DNA of 64,000 nt. Source: Eledone cirrhosa. Taxonomy: Eukaryota. This document shows positions 60,026-64,000 of this stretch, piece by piece. The first letter of the stretch is position 1. Each line of letters begins with the position of its first letter. Both the position numbers and the translations under genes were made by a program. The stretch spans positions 39,308,001 through 39,372,000 of the forward strand of contig OZ024745.1 in NCBI GenBank assembly GCA_964016885.1, written 5' to 3'. The notes below the pieces were generated by a model. The model searched no databases, was not told the DNA's origin, and saw nothing but the letters and a program-made list of their open reading frames with translations.

Positions 60026-61549
60026 ATAAGTTAAAACAATGATATAAAAAATCAAGTCATGAGAGATATACGTTACTGCTTTACGATAGTTTCTAGATGA
60101 TGATAATACTTTGTAGCTATACTCCGTTATTGATCTATGTAAGGTTAGTTACACAATATCAGATAAAGAGAATATTTACTTACATGCATATCACCAGCTG
60201 TTTTCAAAAGCAATAATAATTTTATTCAGAATTAGTAGTATGTTAGTATCATGTCCTTATTTGGAGGTTGTTGATGAACTATCGAATCAAATTGTTTTTT
60301 TCATATGGTGTTAAGATGAAAAGTAATACACTTTAGTTGAGGTCATGACTCGTTTAAAGGAATGGTTGAATGGTGTTAAAAGTAGAACTGGCATAAAAAC
60401 ATCAAGCAATCTCCAGCAAAAGATAAGCAACTACAACATTTATAAACTTTAAAATAATATGACTACACCACCACAACGTAATTTAAATAGGACTGTACCT
60501 TTTAAAAAGGCAAATAATACAATCCTTCAACCTAGAAAACATAACCACCCAAATAACCAACAAAAAAACAACAGAACACAAAATCACAATACATCCCTAG
60601 CACCAAACCACCCACAAAGCAACCTTCATTCACCTGCTATCATTAATTACAATAGGAATAGCTCAAGGATTAATGATAATAGTATAGGCACGCCCCGACA
60701 ACCATCTTACGTATGCTGTAACTGCAGAAATAGAAGCATTTGCCCCTTAAATAGCAACTGTTTGATTAATAATGTAATATATAAATGCACTGTGTCTACT
60801 ACAGACTTCAACAAAACATATATAGGATCTCCATCACATTTAAGAAAAGATTTTACGCTCATTCTAGTAGTTTCAACAATACTAAACTAGCTAACACCAC
60901 ATCTTTAGCTGAAGCGGTAAATAATTATAAAAAGAAAAAAATAGATTTCAAGTTATCGTGGAACACCATTCTACAAAGAACTCCATATCTTGGTAACAAG
61001 AGGGAATGCAGATTATGTTCAGGGAGAACATGGAAATTACTAAATCTAGGGACGATTTATTAAAGAAAAGACAGGAACGGATCATAGTTTGTAATCACCG
61101 TATACGAAGAACATTTATATACTATAAACCTAATTAAATAATATAAACCTAATTAAATATTCTAAAGAGCGACTCACTATAATTCTATATAGAGCAACAT
61201 TTATTAGTACCCCTTTCCCCTAATTATATTCATTCATTATTATTTTTTACCTTTTCATGTTTAAGCTTTCTTAGGTTTGTGCGTTAATGACTAAAGGCAA
61301 CAAGGTACACAACCACCCGTAATTGCACGCGTAAATATATATCTATGTATGATATGGAAATAGATGTATGTGTGTGAATATATATATATATATATATATT
61401 TATGTATGTGTATATATGTATATATATATATATATATGTTTGTGTGTGTGTATATGTGAGTATAGGTGTATGAGTATTTATATATGAGTGTGGGTACATG
61501 TATGACGAGTGTACATACACACACATATATATATATATATGTGTGTGTT

Positions 61550-61620
<71 letters not shown>

Positions 61621-62711
61621 ATATGTATTATATGTATGTATATGTGTGTATGTATATATATGTATATATGTGGGTATAGATGTGTATGTGTGGATATATA
61701 TATGTGTGGATATGTGTGTATATGATTATGTGCATATGCGTAAATGTGTATTTAGGTTTGCATCTATTTGTGCGTATGTATATTTTTGGTTGGATATCAA
61801 TATAACTGTACCTCTCTATATATATAATGTGGATATATGCACTTTGTAATCTATGAAATGTATGTGTTTTAACTATGCCAACATGTATTTATCTGAGTTT
61901 GAATATTTATGCATAAATATACTTGATAGTATTTTAGAGCGTATCATCTGCTGTATTATACTAAGTGCAATTTACCACACCGTACTATAATGTATTGGTT
62001 AAGTTGTATATTATCGCATTACTGTATTTCATTATCTTATTATAATTTTCATATTTTATTATACTATCTTTCCTAGACATAACCTTAATTTATATTCACC
62101 TAAAAACTCAATACAACACTAATCACCATTTATTTTGACATTCTTTTTAACTTCACTATACCAGATACATTCAACTATCAGTTTGACAATCCCTTTCTTT
62201 CTAATAGATTGTTATGCCAACTCTACTATTATCACCATTCAACCATTCCTTTCAAAGGGTCATAACCTCAACTAAAGTGTATTAATTTTCATCTTAACAC
62301 CATATGAAAAAACAATTTGATTCGTTAGTTCTTCAACTACTTCCAAATAAGGACATGATACTAACATACTACTAATTCTGAATAAAATTATTATTGATTT
62401 TGAAAACAGCTGGTGATATGCATGTAAGTAAATATTCTCTTTATCTGATATCGTGTAACTAATCTTACATAGATCAATAAAGGTGTATAGCTACAATGTA
62501 TTATCATCATCTAGAAACGATTGTAAAGCAGTGAAGTATATCACTAATGATTTGATTTTTTTATTTCATTGATTTAACTTATATCATGACTCTGTTTTCC
62601 TTTTAATGTTTTATTGTTTTCCGAGATTTATCTTAACCTACAAAATGTTCAACATATGGATTACATCGAGTACTTCATGCAGAATAGACCCCACAACTCA
62701 CTGTGGATACC

Positions 62712-62715
<4 letters not shown>
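60026..62715 (+). mobile_element. 5'-truncated PLE (family D): inverted pLTR, GIY-YIG remnant, pLTR
   Basis: 60026-60396 is the reverse complement of ~62210-62582; the last ~135 nt are not included in the inversion. Confidence 0.85.
60459..61135 (+). pseudogene. PLE linker plus GIY-YIG endonuclease, frameshifted
   Basis: CNCRNRSICPLNSNCLINNVIYKCTV...YIGS / FKKRFYAHSSSF...TSLA...W..I....Y....CRLC...L.KRQE.IIVCNH. Confidence 0.85.
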
Positions 62716-62755
<40 letters not shown>

Positions 62756-63463
62756 CAATATCGGAGAAAGCTTTTTAGCGATACTCCGGCCAAATTCCAA
62801 CTCACTCAACAAACTTTAGGAAATAAGTGATTATATTCCCAATTATGCGTTCGGGGTGCTAACTAAAAGTATTGCGTGGGAAATTGGCTGTATTATTTCA
62901 TATTGAGACATATCTAATATATCTCTTCCCAGACGGACGTCTCGTTTCATTATAGGATTCCTACAATTTGGGTGAAATTATACCAATTTATGTAGGAGCT
63001 TGTATACCATCAATAGATATATATTCAAGTGGGCTCCTATAATTCATCAATGGGTGCCCCACTAATACTAATATTGATAATCTAACCAACATCAGCATTT
63101 AGCGATAATCATCATCCTCTGTGCCCGAGGTATCTGTCAGGTTGCCAGTCCAGCAGTTCTAAAGAAGTGCTCAAACTGATTCAAAAGATGAGGAAGTAAA
63201 ATACCGCCAAAAAAACAATACATGAACATGACAATGAATTCTGAAAGGAATTCAGGCCACCTGCTAAGAACTCAATTGGAAATTGAAAAAATATCTATGT
63301 GTGTACAACATTTGATGACACACACATATATTTTCCCGGGCAAAATAACAGAATGAGATATAAGGAATAATCAATATTCATATATAAAAAATAAACAAAG
63401 AAATGGTAACCTTATACCGGGATTTTTTTTTTCGAATCTGCTGAGCCAAGATATATATATATA

Positions 63464-63642
63464 TAGGAACAAGTAAGACCCCGACGGCTGAGCTCAAGCC
63501 GTTTCGACGGCTAATTCGGGACGAAACGGCTTGAGCTCAGCCGTCGGGTTCTTACTTGTTCCTATTACCCACTCTACTAGCCTAAGTATTGAGTACTTTG
63601 GTGCGTTATGGTCCACCTGGTTCCTTACCACATTTCCTTCGT

Positions 63643-63643
<1 letters not shown>
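63464..63643 (+). mobile_element. Fold-back family A copy
   Basis: ggaacaagtaagaccccgacggctgagctcaagccgtttcg...cgaaacggcttgagctcagccgtcgggttcttacttgttcc followed by the family A tail. Confidence 0.85.

Positions 63644-64000
<357 letters not shown>

Overview
AT-rich, microsatellite-dense animal genomic DNA. The SINE families resemble those of octopod cephalopods, but that is my recognition and is not verified. I can support no host protein-coding exon; nearly all long ORFs in the track are (TA)n/(TG)n artefacts. The window is dominated by Penelope-like retroelements (PLEs) embedded in (TA)n. The main one is a near-intact ~5 kb element (50858-55850) with an inverted 5' pseudo-LTR (pLTR), minimal hammerhead ribozymes and a 449-aa upstream ORF. 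That ORF appears to be joined to the RT/GIY-YIG ORF by a correctly phased U UUU UUA -1 frameshift site. About a dozen truncated or non-coding fold-back (hairpin) PLE derivatives from several families are also present, many with hammerhead motifs on both strands. Other elements: RTE-like and R4/Dong-like LINE fragments, a tandem SINE array, a complete non-autonomous Helitron, a Helitron RepHel remnant and a possible solo LTR.
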